From NCBI GenBank assembly GCA_021796335.1, contig JAJYHZ010000001.1:80360-144359 (forward strand): a stretch of 64,000 nucleotides of DNA, written 5' to 3'. The notes beneath the pieces are model-generated. The model was not told the origin of the DNA, made no database searches, and saw only the letters and a program-made list of their open reading frames with translations. Within the stretch, counting starts at the first letter, position 1; every line of letters starts with the position of its first letter. Made by a program: the position numbers and the translations under genes. Below, piece after piece: positions 18,922 through 28,671 of the stretch. Source of the stretch: a bacterium (GTDB taxonomy: Bacteria > Patescibacteriota > Minisyncoccia > UBA6257 > UBA9933).

Positions 18922-21900
18922 TTGCTAAATTATTGTATGGATCTTAAATCAATAAAATTAAAAGTTGCATCGCCGGAAGAAATTCTGTCCTGGTCTCATG
19001 GAGAGGTTATCAAGCCAGAAACAATCAATTACAGGACTCAAAGGCCAGAAAAAGACGGATTATTTTCCGAACGAATTTTCGGGCCGACCAAAGACTTTGA
19101 ATGCTACTGCGGAAAATACAGAAGGGTTCGATACAAGGGTTTGGTTTGCGATCGTTGTGGAGTCGAAGTCACTCACTCCAGTGTTCGCCGTGAAAGAATG
19201 GGCCATATCAAACTGGCCGCCCCGGTTACTCACATTTGGTATTTAAAAGTTGTCCCCTCGAGAATTTCCCTATTTTTAGATATTCCGGTTCAGAAGCTTG
19301 AAAAAGTGGTTTATTACGCCGCTTACGTTGTTACTAATGTAAATGAAGAAGCCAGGAAAAGAGTTTTAAAAGAGCTGGACGAAGAATATAAAACCAAGAA
19401 AAAAGAAATCGGCGATGAAAAAGCTAAGATAAAAGAGCTTGATTCCCGGATGCATGAAATTAAAACTCTTTTAACTTCCTTAAAGGAAAATCAAATTTTG
19501 GGCGAAAGTGAATATTTCAGCCTCTCCCGCCGATTCGGCGACGTTTTTGAGGCTTCAAGCGGTGCCGAATCCGTCAAAAAGCTTTTGGAAAAAATCGATC
19601 TTAAGAAACTTTATGAATTAACTCAAAAAGAGCTGGAAGAAGTAGCTGATGAAACTAAAAAGCGAAAATTATTGCATCGCTTAAGGCTTTGCAGTTCGTT
19701 TATTAAAAATAAAATGCGTCCGGAATGGATGGTATTAGATGTTCTTCCGGTTTTGCCGCCCGAACTTCGCCCGATGGTTCCGTTAGATGGTGGGCGATAT
19801 GCCACATCCGATTTAAATGACTTATACAGAAGAGTAATCAACAGAAATAATCGGTTGAAAAAATTAATTGAATTAAGAGCTCCTGAAATCATCGTCAAAA
19901 ACGAAAAAAGAATGCTTCAGGAAGCGGTTGACGCTTTGATTGACAATTCATCCCGCGGAGCGGGAGCGGTTCAGCTTTCTTCACAAAAGAGGCCGCTTCG
20001 TTCATTGGCCGATGTATTAAAAGGAAAACAAGGACGATTTCGACAAAATCTTTTAGGTAAGCGCGTCGATTATTCCGGCCGATCCGTTATCGTTGTTGGT
20101 CCCGAACTTCAGCTCAATCAATGCGGTTTGCCGAAAAAAATGGCCTTGGAATTATTTAAGCCGTTTGTTATTAGTCGGATAATTCAGGATGGACTTGCTC
20201 ATACTATAAAAAATGCGACCCGTTTGATAGAACAAGCTCCTGCCGAAGTGTGGGCTATTCTGGAAGAAGTTATTCAGGACAAGAAAGTTCTTTTGAATCG
20301 CGCTCCGACTTTGCATCGGCTCGGTATTCAAGCATTTAGGCCGATTCTAATAGAAGAGTTGGCGATTAAGATTCCGCCGATGGTCTGTTCCGCTTTCAAT
20401 GCGGACTTTGATGGCGATCAAATGGCGGTTCACGTTCCGCTTTCCGAAGAAGCTCAAAACGAAGCGGAAGAACTTATGCTTTCCAGTCGCAATATCTTAA
20501 AACCGGCAGACGGCAATCCTATTGCGGTTCCGACGCAGGACATCGTTTTAGGCGCTTATTTCCTGACTAAGATTATCGACGATGCTAAAGGGGCCGGCAA
20601 AGCATATTCTTCAATCGATGAAGCGATGCTTGCTCATGCCTGGGAATTTGTCGATGTCAATGCTCCGATTAAAATAAAGTTGGAAAATCAGAAAGAATTA
20701 GTTGAAACCAGTATCGGCAGATTGATTTTTAATCAAGTTCTTCCAGATGAAATCGGTTTTGTGAATGATGTCATGAACAAAAAAAATCTGCAGAAACTGG
20801 TTGCCAGGATAATTTCCGAATTCGGAACGAATAATACCTGGAAAATTCTCGACGCCATTAAAACATTGGGATTCAGATATTCTACCATCTCAGGTATCAG
20901 TTTCAGCATGGGCGATTTGGTCTTGCCGAAAGAGAAGAAAGAAATCGTTGCCGAAGCCGAAAAAGAAATTGCGACAATCGAACAGCAGTTTGAAGAGGGT
21001 TTATTGACTGATGCGGAGCGAAGACAAAAGGTAATTCTTGTTTGGGAAAAAACAAAAGAAAACATCGCAAAATTCGTCCCAGGCGCCTTGAAAACAACGG
21101 GCAAGTTTAATTCTGCTTTGGATATCATCGAATCGGGAGCACGCGGTTCCTGGACTCAGGCCGTTCAGATTTTGGGCATGAAGGGTTTGGTGCAGAACCC
21201 TCGCGGCGAGACCATCGAAATTCCGGTCAAGTCTTCTTATAAAGAAGGCATGAGTGTTTTGGAATTCTTTATCGATACTCATAGCGCTAGAAAAGGTCTG
21301 ACCGATACCGCTCTAAAAACCGCGTCCGCCGGCTATTTAACTAGAAGATTGGTTGATGTCGCTCAAGACATTATTATCCGCGAAGACGACTGCCATACAA
21401 CCGAAGGGATTGAAGTTTACCGTGCTGACGGCGACGAATACGGCTATCAATTCGCCACTAGAATTTACAGTCGTACCGCTGCCGAAGATGTTAAAGCTGG
21501 CAATAAAATTTTGGCGAGAGCCGGAGAATTGATTGACAAAGAAAGCGCTGAAGCAATCGGTAAAGAACCAAAAATTGACATGATTAAAGTCCGTTCGCCG
21601 TTGCGTTGCAAAACCTTATACGGAGTCTGCTCGAAATGTTATGGCCTTGATTTGGGACGGGGCAATTTAATCAAAACTGGCGAAGCTGTTGGCGTTGTCG
21701 CTGCCCAGTCTATAGGCGAACCGGGAACTCAGCTCACTCTGAGAACCTTCCATCAGGGCGGTATTGCTGGCGTCGATATCACGCACGGTTTGCCGCGTGT
21801 TGAAGAAATATTCGAAACCCGGACCCCGAAGGGTAAGGCGATTTTAGCCGAAGATGACGGAGTTATTGAAGACATCGAAGAAAAAGATAACTTGAAAATC

Positions 21901-22530
21901 ATTAAGCTCAAAGTCCAAAAAAACAAGAAAGCTAAAATAATTGAGTATATTATTTCGCGCAGCATCAGGATTTTCGTAAAAATTAACGATAAAGTTTCCA
22001 AGGGAGATCAGCTTTGCGAGGGAAGTCTCGACCTTTACGAATTATTCGAATACCGCGGCAAAGAAGCTGTTGAAAGATATGCGATTAATGAAATTCAAAA
22101 AATTTACGTTCCGGAAGGAAATACAATTAACGACAAACATATTGAAATTATAGTAAGGCAGATGTTTTCCAGGGTTATCGTTAAAGATGCGGGGGATACC
22201 GAATTTGTCGTCGGAGAAGTTCTTGAAAAATCAAAATTCCTTGAAGTAAACCGCCGGATTAAATCTCAAGGCAAGAGACCGGCAAAAGCGAAACAGCTTT
22301 TGGTAGGAATTACCCGTGCTTCTCTTTCGACGGAAAGCTTCTTGTCGTCGGCGTCTTTCCAGGAAACCAATCGTGTTTTGGTCAGTGCGGCTACCGAAGG
22401 GAAAGAAGATCAACTTCGCGGACTCAAAGAAAACGTTATTATCGGCAAATTGATTCCTGCCGGAACCGGCTATGGCGAATCAAGATATGTCGATATTAAG
22501 GGAGAAGATACTGATGAATCCGGCGAGTAA
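18922..22530 (+). CDS. rpoC: DNA-directed RNA polymerase subunit beta'
   Basis: 1202 aa; zinc motif [23 protein letters not shown], catalytic [12 protein letters not shown], downstream of rpoB. Confidence 0.95.
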   Translation: MLNYCMDLKSIKLKVASPEEILSWSHGEVIKPETINYRTQRPEKDGLFSERIFGPTKDFECYCGKYRRVRYKGLVCDRCGVEVTHSSVRRERMGHIKLAAPVTHIWYLKVVPSRISLFLDIPVQKLEKVVYYAAYVVTNVNEEARKRVLKELDEEYKTKKKEIGDEKAKIKELDSRMHEIKTLLTSLKENQILGESEYFSLSRRFGDVFEASSGAESVKKLLEKIDLKKLYELTQKELEEVADETKKRKLLHRLRLCSSFIKNKMRPEWMVLDVLPVLPPELRPMVPLDGGRYATSDLNDLYRRVINRNNRLKKLIELRAPEIIVKNEKRMLQEAVDALIDNSSRGAGAVQLSSQKRPLRSLADVLKGKQGRFRQNLLGKRVDYSGRSVIVVGPELQLNQCGLPKKMALELFKPFVISRIIQDGLAHTIKNATRLIEQAPAEVWAILEEVIQDKKVLLNRAPTLHRLGIQAFRPILIEELAIKIPPMVCSAFNADFDGDQMAVHVPLSEEAQNEAEELMLSSRNILKPADGNPIAVPTQDIVLGAYFLTKIIDDAKGAGKAYSSIDEAMLAHAWEFVDVNAPIKIKLENQKELVETSIGRLIFNQVLPDEIGFVNDVMNKKNLQKLVARIISEFGTNNTWKILDAIKTLGFRYSTISGISFSMGDLVLPKEKKEIVAEAEKEIATIEQQFEEGLLTDAERRQKVILVWEKTKENIAKFVPGALKTTGKFNSALDIIESGARGSWTQAVQILGMKGLVQNPRGETIEIPVKSSYKEGMSVLEFFIDTHSARKGLTDTALKTASAGYLTRRLVDVAQDIIIREDDCHTTEGIEVYRADGDEYGYQFATRIYSRTAAEDVKAGNKILARAGELIDKESAEAIGKEPKIDMIKVRSPLRCKTLYGVCSKCYGLDLGRGNLIKTGEAVGVVAAQSIGEPGTQLTLRTFHQGGIAGVDITHGLPRVEEIFETRTPKGKAILAEDDGVIEDIEEKDNLKIIKLKVQKNKKAKIIEYIISRSIRIFVKINDKVSKGDQLCEGSLDLYELFEYRGKEAVERYAINEIQKIYVPEGNTINDKHIEIIVRQMFSRVIVKDAGDTEFVVGEVLEKSKFLEVNRRIKSQGKRPAKAKQLLVGITRASLSTESFLSSASFQETNRVLVSAATEGKEDQLRGLKENVIIGKLIPAGTGYGESRYVDIKGEDTDESGE

Positions 22531-22646
22531 ATGATATTAAATCGGTTCTTTGGCGGATTTTTGAACAGAAGACTTAATTACCGGATGATTCGAAAATCTA
22601 TCGCAGGGTTGACTCAGTATTAAATTTTTAGTAAAAATAAAACACG

Positions 22647-23084
22647 ATGGATAAGGAAAAAAACGAAAAAAATTACGAAATAGGATATTTAGCTAGAAAC
22701 GAACACGACGCCGCCGAAATTAAAAATCTTTTAAGCGGTTATAAGGCTGTTATTCTTCAAGATGAGCCTGCCAAGAAAATAAAATTGGCCTATCCCATTA
22801 AAAAAGAATTATACGCCCATTTCGGTTTTATTTGGTTTTCGATGGATGCTGCGATGGTCAACGAATTCAGCAAGCAATTAAAACTGAATTCCAAGATTTT
22901 GCGGTTTATCGTCATTAATTTGACCAAAGAAATGCAGATTGATAGGTCTACGGAAAAGAAAAATGGAAGGCCGATCACGGGCAAGCCGAAAATAAAATCC
23001 GCGGAATCGCCTAAAAAACAGGGCAATTTCGAATTGATTAATAACGAATTATTGGAGAAAAAATTGGAAGAAATCCTAAAATAA
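22647..23084 (+). CDS. rpsF: 30S ribosomal protein S6 (with C-terminal extension)
   Basis: S6-like N-terminal 100 aa and conserved rpsF-ssb-rpsR gene order. Confidence 0.65.
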   Translation: MDKEKNEKNYEIGYLARNEHDAAEIKNLLSGYKAVILQDEPAKKIKLAYPIKKELYAHFGFIWFSMDAAMVNEFSKQLKLNSKILRFIVINLTKEMQIDRSTEKKNGRPITGKPKIKSAESPKKQGNFELINNELLEKKLEEILK

Positions 23085-23166
23085 TCCCAATCTGCTAATT
23101 TTATCCGAATGATACGAATTCTGATTTGTAGCTTCGGATACTATTCATTGATTTGGATTATATAAT

Positions 23167-23619
23167 ATGAATCTAAACAAAGTGTTTATTTTAGGAAGAG
23201 TTACGGCGGATCCCCAGGTGAGAAGCACGCCGACGGGGCAGCAAGTGGCCAATTTCAGTATTGCGACTAATCGTGTTTGGAATGATCGCAGCGGATCCCG
23301 TCAGGAAGAAACCGAATATCACAACGTCGTTGTTTGGGGGAGACAGGCTGAAATTGCATCTCAATTTTTGTCAAAAGGTAGTCTTATTCTAGTTGAAGGA
23401 AGATTAAAAACAAGATCATGGGAAAATCAGCAGGGGCAAAAGCAAAAAACCACCGAAATAATTTGCGAGAGACTGCAGCTGGGACCGCGCTCCGCTTCCG
23501 CGGGATTTGCGAAAGACAAACAGCCGATCGATCAGACCGGCATTTCCCCAAAAGAAGAAGCTCTTCCGGAAATAAATATTGATGACGAAGAAATTAAACC
23601 GGAAGATTTGCCTTTTTAA
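23167..23619 (+). CDS. ssb: single-stranded DNA-binding protein
   Basis: OB-fold motifs (FILGRVTADPQVRST...HNVVVWGRQAE...LVEGRL) and acidic C-terminal tail ending DLPF. Confidence 0.9.
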   Translation: MNLNKVFILGRVTADPQVRSTPTGQQVANFSIATNRVWNDRSGSRQEETEYHNVVVWGRQAEIASQFLSKGSLILVEGRLKTRSWENQQGQKQKTTEIICERLQLGPRSASAGFAKDKQPIDQTGISPKEEALPEINIDDEEIKPEDLPF

Positions 23620-23624
23620 AAATC

Positions 23625-23716
23625 AGAATTTAGAATATAGAATTTAGAATATAGGGATTAATTATATTAATTTATTTCTCCTAAATCCTAAATCCTAAAT
23701 CCTAAATCCTAAACAA
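23625..23716. repeat. short tandem repeats: (GAATTTAGAATATA)x2 then (CCTAAAT)x4 in the ssb-rpsR intergenic region
   Basis: direct reading of sequence. Confidence 0.85.
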
Positions 23717-23917
23717 ATGCAGCAATGTTTTTTCTGTTCCCAAAATTTAAAATATATCGACTATAAAGATGTTGACTTATTGAAGCGCTTCGTATCCTCT
23801 CAGGGCAAAATTATTGATCCCAGACATACAAGCACCTGTTCAAAGCATCAAAGAATGCTCGCAACCGCCGTTAAACGGTCCCGCATTATGGGCCTCCTTC
23901 CATTTGTCAGAAAATAA
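23717..23917 (+). CDS. rpsR: 30S ribosomal protein S18
   Basis: [34 protein letters not shown] signature. Confidence 0.9.
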   Translation: MQQCFFCSQNLKYIDYKDVDLLKRFVSSQGKIIDPRHTSTCSKHQRMLATAVKRSRIMGLLPFVRK

Positions 23918-23972
23918 AAACGCAATCCAAATCTACGATTTTATATTCGGAACATTCGGATAAATTAGTAGA

Positions 23973-24887
23973 TTGGGATTATTTAAGTTGACTTTATATA
24001 CCCAAAAAGATTCTAATATCCGAAAAACCTGGTTCTTGGTTTCAATTTTTTTGATTGTCGTAATCGGAATCGGCTGGCTATTTGCTCAAATCTATAATAG
24101 CCCGGGCATTTTATATTTTGCCGTTATTTTCAGCATAATAATGAATTTTATTTCATATTGGTATTCCGACAAGATTGTTTTGAAATTGAATCGCGCAATT
24201 CCGCTTGAGAAAAAAGACAATCCCGACTTATATAATATCGTTGAAAACTTATCCATAACCGCCGGTTTGCCGACGCCGAAAATTTATTTAGTCCAAGAAG
24301 CTCAGCCGAACGCGTTTGCCACCGGTCGTGACCCGAAACATGCGGTTGTAGCCGTTACATCCGGTTTATTGCAAAGATTAAATAAAACCGAACTTGAGGG
24401 CGTACTCAGCCATGAACTTTCTCATATAGGTAATCGCGATATTTTATTGTCCAGCGTTATCGTGGTTTTAGTAGGCTTTATCGCCATCCTTTCCGATATA
24501 TTTCTGCGCTCGACTTTCTGGGGCGGACTCGGGAGGCGGGATGATCGCAACAATACCGGCGGACTTTTTATTTTAATCGGTCTAGTTTTAGCGATTTTAG
24601 CTCCAATTGCGGCAACTCTAATCCAACTGGCGATTTCTAGAAAAAGGGAGTTCTTAGCGGACGCTTCCGGAGCTCTTTTAACGCGTTATCCAGAAGGTCT
24701 TATAAGCGCTTTAGAAAAAATTTCTGCAGCCGATATTCCGATGTCCGTTGCTAACAACAGCACCAGTCATCTGTGGCTTGATAATCCTTTTAAGGGGCAG
24801 AAAAAAGCTTCCTGGATTTCTAAATTATTCATGACTCATCCGCCTATAGAGGATCGCATAAAAGCTCTGGAAGGATTAAAAGTGTAA
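23973..24887 (+). CDS. htpX: M48 family zinc metalloprotease HtpX (TTG start per ORF track)
   Basis: HELSH zinc motif (SHELSHIGNRD), four TM segments, C-terminal MTHPPIEDRI. Confidence 0.8.
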   Translation: MGLFKLTLYTQKDSNIRKTWFLVSIFLIVVIGIGWLFAQIYNSPGILYFAVIFSIIMNFISYWYSDKIVLKLNRAIPLEKKDNPDLYNIVENLSITAGLPTPKIYLVQEAQPNAFATGRDPKHAVVAVTSGLLQRLNKTELEGVLSHELSHIGNRDILLSSVIVVLVGFIAILSDIFLRSTFWGGLGRRDDRNNTGGLFILIGLVLAILAPIAATLIQLAISRKREFLADASGALLTRYPEGLISALEKISAADIPMSVANNSTSHLWLDNPFKGQKKASWISKLFMTHPPIEDRIKALEGLKV

Positions 24888-24906
24888 AAATTTCCACTAA
24901 TAAAAA

Positions 24907-24926
24907 CCTTGCATATAGTTGCAAGG
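24907..24926 (+). terminator. terminator hairpin CCTTGCA-TATAGT-TGCAAGG
   Basis: 7-bp stem followed by TTTGT after htpX. Confidence 0.5.
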
Positions 24927-24964
24927 TTTGTCAATTTTATGTATGATTGTTCCAATAAATTTTT

Positions 24965-25597
24965 ATGAAAAGCCAATCGGAATCACATAATTTGAAAATG
25001 GAAATCATAAGATTGCGGAAATTATTATCCGAACAAGAAAAAGAAATCGTCGCTTTGCGTCTTATCGCCGATTATGATTTTTTAACCGGTCTTTATAATC
25101 GTCAGGGATTTGTGAGAGAAGCTGAAAAATTCTTAAATTCTCTTAAAACTGCGCATAGGATCAGGCGCAAACACGGCGTTTTCAATAATATTTCTTTTAT
25201 TTTCATAGACTTGGATGATTTGAAAACTGTCAATGATTTGTACGGCCATAAATACGGCGACCAGATGATTAAAATGTCCGCCGAAGTTTTTAAAAGCAAC
25301 TTAAGAGACCTGGACGTAATCGGCCGTTGGGGCGGCGACGAATTTATAATCGCTTTGATTGACGCCGAAGAAGAAGACGCCGTTAAAATCGCCAGAAAAA
25401 TCCAGTCAAAATTATCTGAAATACGCATCAAATCAATCAAACAAAAAATTACCGCTAGTTTCGGAATTATTTCGGTTAAAAGCAAATATAGGAAAGATAT
25501 TTACAACCTCTATGAATTAATTGAAAAAGCCGACATGGCCATGTATGTTGCCAAAAAAGAAAATAAAAAGAATTGCGTTACTTCCTTTAATCAATAA
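24965..25597 (+). CDS. GGDEF domain diguanylate cyclase with N-terminal coiled coil
   Basis: RWGGDEFIIAL active-site motif; DLDDLKTVNDLYGH upstream block. Confidence 0.8.
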   Translation: MKSQSESHNLKMEIIRLRKLLSEQEKEIVALRLIADYDFLTGLYNRQGFVREAEKFLNSLKTAHRIRRKHGVFNNISFIFIDLDDLKTVNDLYGHKYGDQMIKMSAEVFKSNLRDLDVIGRWGGDEFIIALIDAEEEDAVKIARKIQSKLSEIRIKSIKQKITASFGIISVKSKYRKDIYNLYELIEKADMAMYVAKKENKKNCVTSFNQ

Positions 25598-25604
25598 ATA
25601 AAAT

Positions 25605-25784
25605 ATGGAACAAATATTTAAAGAAAAACCAGATGGAATAGAAAAAGAATTTGAAGAAATCGCTAAAGAAAAAGTCATGAATGATCCGCTTTACGATGAT
25701 TTGACGCAAGAGCAAAAAGAACAATTGATTCAAGGTGAATTGGCAAAAATAAAAGAACTCCGGAAGAAGACAAAGGATAATTAA
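25605..25784 (+). CDS. small charged helical protein (59 aa), not in ORF track (below cutoff)
   Basis: ATG 8 nt after the GGDEF stop; Lys/Glu-rich helical sequence MEQIFKEKPDGIEKEF...; the opposite-strand ORF 25587..25790 is poly-Phe low complexity and less plausible. Confidence 0.4.
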   Translation: MEQIFKEKPDGIEKEFEEIAKEKVMNDPLYDDLTQEQKEQLIQGELAKIKELRKKTKDN

Positions 25785-25874
25785 ACCCATTAAAGAATAA
25801 TAGCTCCCCGGGGGGCTTCACCCCTCCTTTTCATTGCAAATAAGCCCCTTCTAAATTAGAATAAAATTGCATTT

Positions 25875-25964
25875 GGAGGCGTCGCATAGTGGCCGAGTGC
25901 GCTCGCTTGGAAAGCGGGTAAGGGGTAAAACCCTTCGTGAGTTCGAATCTCACCGCCTCCGCCA
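25875..25964 (+). tRNA. tRNA-Ser (anticodon GGA), CCA encoded
   Basis: acceptor GGAGGCG/CGCCTCC, anticodon loop TTGGAAA, long variable arm, T-loop TTCGAAT, 3' GCCA. Confidence 0.9.
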
Positions 25965-27461
25965 AGTTTTACATTCAGCGAAATTGAAAGATGTTGCCTC
26001 GGCGCAAAGCGCCTCGGCATGGTATTTTTCCGCAATTTTGAAGGCATTTTTGAAATCCAAAACCAAAGTGCGGTCGGCAATGCGGAAGTTCGAACCAATC
26101 TTTTTGAGAAAATCCCGAATCCTTTCGGGATTTTCTTGTTGAGCGTATTTTTCGGCTTGGTTGGCATCTTTTAGAAAGGCAATGGCAAGTTCGAACCGAT
26201 TATTGCTCTTGCGCCCAAAAGCGGTAATTTTTTCTTCCAAATTTTTTTTGGCGAGAATGAGCTTGTGCTTTTTAGCGGTATATTCCGCTTGCGACAAGTT
26301 GCCGTCCAGTTGTAAATCAAGCAAGCGATCAAGTTTTGTTTCTATTTCTACAAGCTCATTTCTCGCTTTTTGGGCGAAAGAGCTTTCCGCTTGGGCAATT
26401 TTCATTTTTTCGTTTTCAAAATAGTTGATTGAAGCGTTTGCCCAAGCGGAAGACAAAGAAACTTTTTTGATTTCCTCTTTTATTTGAGAAGTGATGGCGT
26501 CCTCTCTCACATATCTCTGCGAACAAGGATTCTTCCGTTTGGTACACCGCAAGTAGTTATGACCTTTTTGCGTTTCGGTGGTAATGAAACAACCACATTC
26601 TCCACAACGGAAAAATCCTCTAAAAATGTATGGTTTGAGTTTTGGCGATTTCGGTTTGCTCTTGTTCGCCATTACTTCTTGAACGGAATCAAAAAGTTTC
26701 TTTGTGATAATCGGTTCATGCTTTCCGTCATACAATTCGCCGTTATATTCAATCATTCCGTAATAGATTTTATTCTTGAGCATATACTGATAATTTGAGA
26801 CGGAAAGCATTTTGCCTTTCTTGCCAACCAAGCCCAAGGAATTGATAATCTTTCGGATTTGAGCGAGGGGGTATTCGCCAGTCGCATACATTTCAAAAGC
26901 CCGCTTGATATACTTTGCTTTTTCCTTATCAACAATAATTTTTCTTTGGTTTTTATCGTTCACATAACCCAGTGGCGCCCAAGCGGGCCATATTCCATTT
27001 CGCAATTTCTGGCGAATACCCCTCTTTATATTTTCCGAAAGATTATCCACATAATATTTTGATTGCCCAAAAGCGATAGACAACATAAATTTTCCTTGCG
27101 GTGTCGGATCAAACCAAAAAGTAGGAAATTTTAGCGTGGTTATTTTTCCAGTATCCACCAAGTAAATTATTCTCCCGCCGTCTATGGAATTGCGAGCCAA
27201 TCTATCGGGGTGCCACGCTAAAATTCCCTCGGCTTCATTTTTCTCTATGCTTGCCACCATTTCGTTAAAAATCTCTCGCCCCGGCTCTTTGGCGGTTTTA
27301 CTTTCCACAAATTCACGGACGATATTTAGTCCCTCTTTTTTGGCATATTCCCGCAACTCAAACATTTGTGCCTCAATACTCAAAACCTGCCTTTCGGGTT
27401 CGTCCGTGGATTTGCGGGCATAGAGAAAAATCTTTTTGGTTTGTAAATTTATATTATCCAT
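25950..27461 (-). CDS. large serine recombinase (resolvase/invertase catalytic domain + recombinase domain + zinc ribbon)
   Basis: N-terminal YARKSTDE...QVLSIEAQ catalytic-Ser region, central recombinase domain, CGECGCF...LRCTKRK zinc ribbon; 503 aa; last 5 codons overlap tRNA-Ser. Confidence 0.85.
   Translation of the reverse strand: MDNINLQTKKIFLYARKSTDEPERQVLSIEAQMFELREYAKKEGLNIVREFVESKTAKEPGREIFNEMVASIEKNEAEGILAWHPDRLARNSIDGGRIIYLVDTGKITTLKFPTFWFDPTPQGKFMLSIAFGQSKYYVDNLSENIKRGIRQKLRNGIWPAWAPLGYVNDKNQRKIIVDKEKAKYIKRAFEMYATGEYPLAQIRKIINSLGLVGKKGKMLSVSNYQYMLKNKIYYGMIEYNGELYDGKHEPIITKKLFDSVQEVMANKSKPKSPKLKPYIFRGFFRCGECGCFITTETQKGHNYLRCTKRKNPCSQRYVREDAITSQIKEEIKKVSLSSAWANASINYFENEKMKIAQAESSFAQKARNELVEIETKLDRLLDLQLDGNLSQAEYTAKKHKLILAKKNLEEKITAFGRKSNNRFELAIAFLKDANQAEKYAQQENPERIRDFLKKIGSNFRIADRTLVLDFKNAFKIAEKYHAEALCAEATSFNFAECKTWRRR
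25962..26091 (+). repeat. R1 copy A (130 bp), abutting the tRNA-Ser 3' end; encodes the recombinase C-terminal about 43 aa
   Basis: 100% identical to the reverse complement of 27577..27706. Confidence 0.9.
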
Positions 27462-27576
27462 ATTGTTTTGAAATTAGTTTTTGGGCAATCAAAGAAAAAT
27501 ACGCTCAACCTTTCGCCAAGGGCGAAAGAAAAAAGATTGGTTCTGAAAACTTCGTTTTCTCTGCACTGTCGTGCAG

Positions 27577-27706
27577 GAACTTCCGCATTGCCGACCGCAC
27601 TTTGGTTTTGGATTTCAAAAATGCCTTCAAAATTGCGGAAAAATACCATGCCGAGGCGCTTTGCGCCGAGGCAACATCTTTCAATTTCGCTGAATGTAAA
27701 ACTTGG
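27577..27706 (-). repeat. R1 copy B (inverted, 130 bp), contiguous with inverted R2
   Basis: exact reverse complement of 25962..26091; read on + strand it re-encodes ...FRIADRTLVLDFKNAFKIAEKYHAEALCAEATSFNFAECKTWR, continuing into R2 as CFLDEVRTFFEQNSE*. Confidence 0.9.
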
Positions 27707-27865
27707 CGGTGTTTTTTGGACGAAGTTCGAACATTTTTTGAGCAAAACTCCGAATGATTGCGCGCTTCGCGCGCAAAACCGAAACGCTCGGGCGGGTAAA
27801 AAGGAAGGGGGTTGGGGGGAAGGAATTTTTGCCCGCCCTCGCTTTCCGCCGCCGCCGAATTTCGT
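27703..27865 (-). repeat. R2 copy (inverted, 163 bp, GC-rich) carrying a dyad-symmetric site GGGCGGGCAAAAA..(poly-C/mirror)..TTTTTACCCGCCC
   Basis: exact reverse complement of 29843..30005. Confidence 0.9.
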
Positions 27866-27975
27866 ATTTTGCTTTGCAAAATGCGCCGCCAAAATTGGAG
27901 TTGTGTTTGCCCCGCCCGCCCGTGCGCACACAACATTTTTTCTCCCTTTGTTTTGCTTGCTAAACATCATTTTAT

Positions 27976-28026
27976 TTGGTAGTATAAAAATACAGATAAT
28001 AACCTTGTATACTACAATACTACCAA
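27976..28026 (+). promoter_or_regulatory. candidate promoter/operator for the XRE gene: 10-bp inverted repeat TTGGTAGTAT-N31-ATACTACCAA overlapping TTGCTA-17-TAGTAT
   Basis: read from sequence just upstream of ATG 28039. Confidence 0.4.
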
Positions 28027-28038
28027 AACTTTATTTAT

Positions 28039-28245
28039 ATGACAAGTGGAAAAACAATAAGTGAAAATATAAAAAGATTACGCAATAAACTTGGTCTAAC
28101 GCAAGACGATTTAGCCAAGAAAGCGGATATTAAATACACTACGCTTATGAAGGTCGAAAGTGGAACAGTTAATAAGCCGAGCGTTCAAACTATGGCGAAT
28201 ATCGCCAAAGCGTTGGGCGTTTCGATTGAGGATTTAATAAAATAA
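28039..28245 (+). CDS. XRE-family (Cro/C1-type) helix-turn-helix transcriptional regulator
   Basis: IKRLRNKLGLTQDDLAKKADIKYTTLMKVESG HTH_3 signature; 68 aa. Confidence 0.85.
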   Translation: MTSGKTISENIKRLRNKLGLTQDDLAKKADIKYTTLMKVESGTVNKPSVQTMANIAKALGVSIEDLIK

Positions 28246-28249
28246 AACT

Positions 28250-28660
28250 ATGGAAAACGAAACAAACAATAAGGCACACGATTTTATTAAAGGAGAAGTT
28301 TTGAAAATGGAGCGCAATTCATTTTTCGTGCGCATGATTGCTGCCGCTTTAGCTTATGCGGGTATAAGCTATTGGCTTAATGCAATTCGTGCCGATGCAT
28401 CTTTGTGGTTTGTTTGGGTTTTGATCATTATTCAATTTGCCCTGTATTTTTCTATTTTTATTATGGGTTATAGGCGTGCAATAGTTTCAGGATTCAACAA
28501 AAATTTGAGTTTAATAGTTTTTATAGCTCTTGCCATTCTTGGAAGAGTAAATGATTGGGAATTGGCGGTTATTCCTCTAACAGTTATCATAATGCTAATT
28601 ATTTCGGCAAAAGCTAAAAATGTTTCTGATAACAGCAAACATTTATTACCACAAAAATAA
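28250..28660 (+). CDS. hypothetical 4-TM membrane protein (136 aa)
   Basis: starts 5 nt after the XRE stop; four hydrophobic helices. Confidence 0.5.
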   Translation: MENETNNKAHDFIKGEVLKMERNSFFVRMIAAALAYAGISYWLNAIRADASLWFVWVLIIIQFALYFSIFIMGYRRAIVSGFNKNLSLIVFIALAILGRVNDWELAVIPLTVIIMLIISAKAKNVSDNSKHLLPQK

Positions 28661-28671
28661 TTTTAAAAAAT

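Noticed and set aside
15672-22530. Multiple short antisense ORFs within rpoB/rpoC (e.g. 16884..17153, 19623..19898, 20733..21128)
   Set aside because: They are embedded in highly conserved sense-strand coding sequence, so they are spurious.
23625-23716. CRISPR array
   Set aside because: The repeat units are 7-14 bp and directly tandem with no spacers. No cas genes are nearby. No CRISPR-like arrays were found anywhere in the window.
27449-28064. ORFs 27468..28064, 27449..27970, 27505..27936, 27681..27929, 27754..27963, 29794..30021, 29800..30078, 25856..26167, 30543..30851
   Set aside because: These reading frames run through the R1/R2 repeats and the tRNA. They are explained by the repeats themselves: the same sequence appears in multiple places, so the ORFs do too. 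They have no RBS and show low-complexity translations.
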